Origin: Coniocarpon cinnabarinum
Lineage: Eukaryota
Reading direction: 5' to 3'
DNA length: 64,000 nucleotides
NCBI GenBank assembly: GCA_051942205.1
Contig: JAVECO010000095.1
Span: 1-64,000, forward strand
Position 1 is the first letter of the stretch, and every line of letters begins with the position of its first letter. A program made the translations under genes and the position numbers. Below, in pieces: positions 62,502-64,000 of the stretch. Under the pieces are notes generated by a model. That model searched no databases and was not told the origin of the DNA. It saw only the letters and a program-made list of their open reading frames with translations.

Positions 62502-63556
62502 TCACTGTCCAGGCATTGGTGGCATCGGTGGAATCGTCCGCGGATTTGCGTCATCGTCGTCGTCCTCATCGTCAACGTCGACATGACTGTTCGACGTTGT
62601 CAGCCCAGCCAATTCAAGAGACATTGACGACATCAGGCAACGCCAGGGACTCACCTCAGTGTTCCGGGTGGAACTTCGTAATGCTTCTTTCGCCTCTCCT
62701 CAAACTCTCTGTGCTTCCTTCGCGCTTCCTCGCTGGCACTCCGCCCGTCCTCATTCACGGCGTCGCCGTCCTCATTCACTGCCGTCGGATCAACCACTAC
62801 TCGCTTCTCTGAGCTGTCTGTGCGCATCATGTCCTGTGCGCCAGCCTTCTCCGCTTCGCCAATGTCCAACTCCGGGATTTCCCCACCGCTGCCGGTCGCG
62901 GCTCCAACCTTGGCAGTTCGTCGGCCACGATGATCGCCAGGTTGATCTTTCGCCTTGTCCAGCTCATCGACATTGAGGAACGCAGGATTGATGGCCGCGA
63001 CTTCCTCGTCATCATCATCATTGGGCAAATCGGATGTCTTGACGAATGGAGTTTTGGGCTCGTCAATTTTCATAGTCGCCGGTCGTTCCTGTTCGTTCAG
63101 GTACAAGTTCGCTTCGTCCCACTTCAGGCGTGGCGAGTTTTCGTCAAGATCCATGTTCACATTGTTAGCCTGAGACTGGCGGCGTGAGACGGAGCGCGCA
63201 TTGCTGGAATTGCGGCGAGGGCCAGCATTAGCAAGAGTGTTCTGAAGGACGAGCTCCTTCTCGGATTGCTGATGTGGGAGCGAGGGCCGGTGTGGAGCGC
63301 TGGTGCTGGCATTGAGGGAAATCGGGTCTTGATCGAGGAAGCCAGTCGCCGTTGGAGAGGCGCTGGGCGGGCTGTTGGATTGAATGAGGCTCGGGGAAGA
63401 AAGCTGGTATGAGTTACTGTTCTTGAGGATCCCTTAGAGATGTGTTAGAAGAAAACATGGTTCATGGGGTATGTCCCTGGGATCGATTGCATTACCTTTG
63501 GGCCGAGTGGGATTCTGAGAAGGGCTGTGAATAGGTTGATGCATCTCGGTCGACAT
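62502..63556 (-). CDS. GLC8: Protein phosphatase 1 inhibitor-2 (IPP-2/Glc8-like), 3 exons
   Basis: RPKGILKN (SILK-type motif across an intron), RLKWDEANL, MKIDEPKTPF, FEERRKKHYE. Confidence 0.9.
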
Positions 63557-64000
63557 CGTGGGCGACTGATACTGCAGCAAGGGGACGTGAAGGGGTGGTG
63601 GGGAGGTGTCGAACAAGTCGTTGCAGCGTTGGAGGTCGGGAGACAAGGAGCGGCAATCAGCAGATGGAGAAGAAGTGGGCCGGGGTGATGAGCAGATGGT
63701 GTGGAGTCGCAAGACCGGGCGTTGCTACGGAAAGGTCCCACGAAGTCGCATGCACAATGATGGATGACGGTATGGTGATTGCGGGAGTCAACGTGGCACT
63801 CGCAGCAGCGTCGCTTGCGGAAGAGGCCAGATCAGGTTTATTTGCACTTCTGCCATCACATGATACTGCCCTGGGCAAAGATCAGATGAACATCAAAGCT
63901 CGCATGTGATAATGTCGATGTCCACGGCGGGATTGCATAAGCCGTGGCGCAAAGAGGTCCCCTCTCGAAAGCGTTTGCTGGACAGCTAACATTCAAATGG

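Noticed and set aside
57022..63556. Functional phosphatase cluster (calcineurin plus PP1 inhibitor-2)
   Set aside because: They act in different phosphatase systems; proximity alone is not evidence.

Overview
Compact eukaryotic DNA from a filamentous ascomycete (probably Dothideomycetes, by inference), with short GT-AG introns (many about 50-60 nt) and about 27 protein-coding genes. Conserved genes recognised from motifs: probable SRP54 C-terminus, RBR E3 ligase, AIG2-like GGCT, CipC-like, carboxylesterase-like, MRX11/FLILHELTA, class II eIF4E, Ulp2-like SUMO protease, alpha/beta hydrolase, AIM6, PPX1, FSH1 esterase, AP-1 mu, peroxisomal acyl-CoA ligase, MMC1-like, calcineurin A and PP1 inhibitor-2. 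An accessory-looking block at about 19-33 kb holds: (i) an intron-containing gene with a Ty1/copia protease-like beta-barrel; (ii) a tandem triplication of an orphan 5-exon gene that the ORF track only shows in fragments, with all three copies intact, a shared 33-nt microexon, an invariant Cys/His pattern and a shared 13-bp upstream motif; (iii) a RIP-mutated 585-bp hAT-like non-autonomous element with an 8-bp TSD, whose empty site survives in the paralogous unit; (iv) a secreted Ser/Thr/Cys-rich protein; (v) a heme-thiolate peroxidase closely resembling Caldariomyces chloroperoxidase. No rRNA, tRNA or CRISPR was seen. All family assignments are from motif recognition by eye, not database searches.
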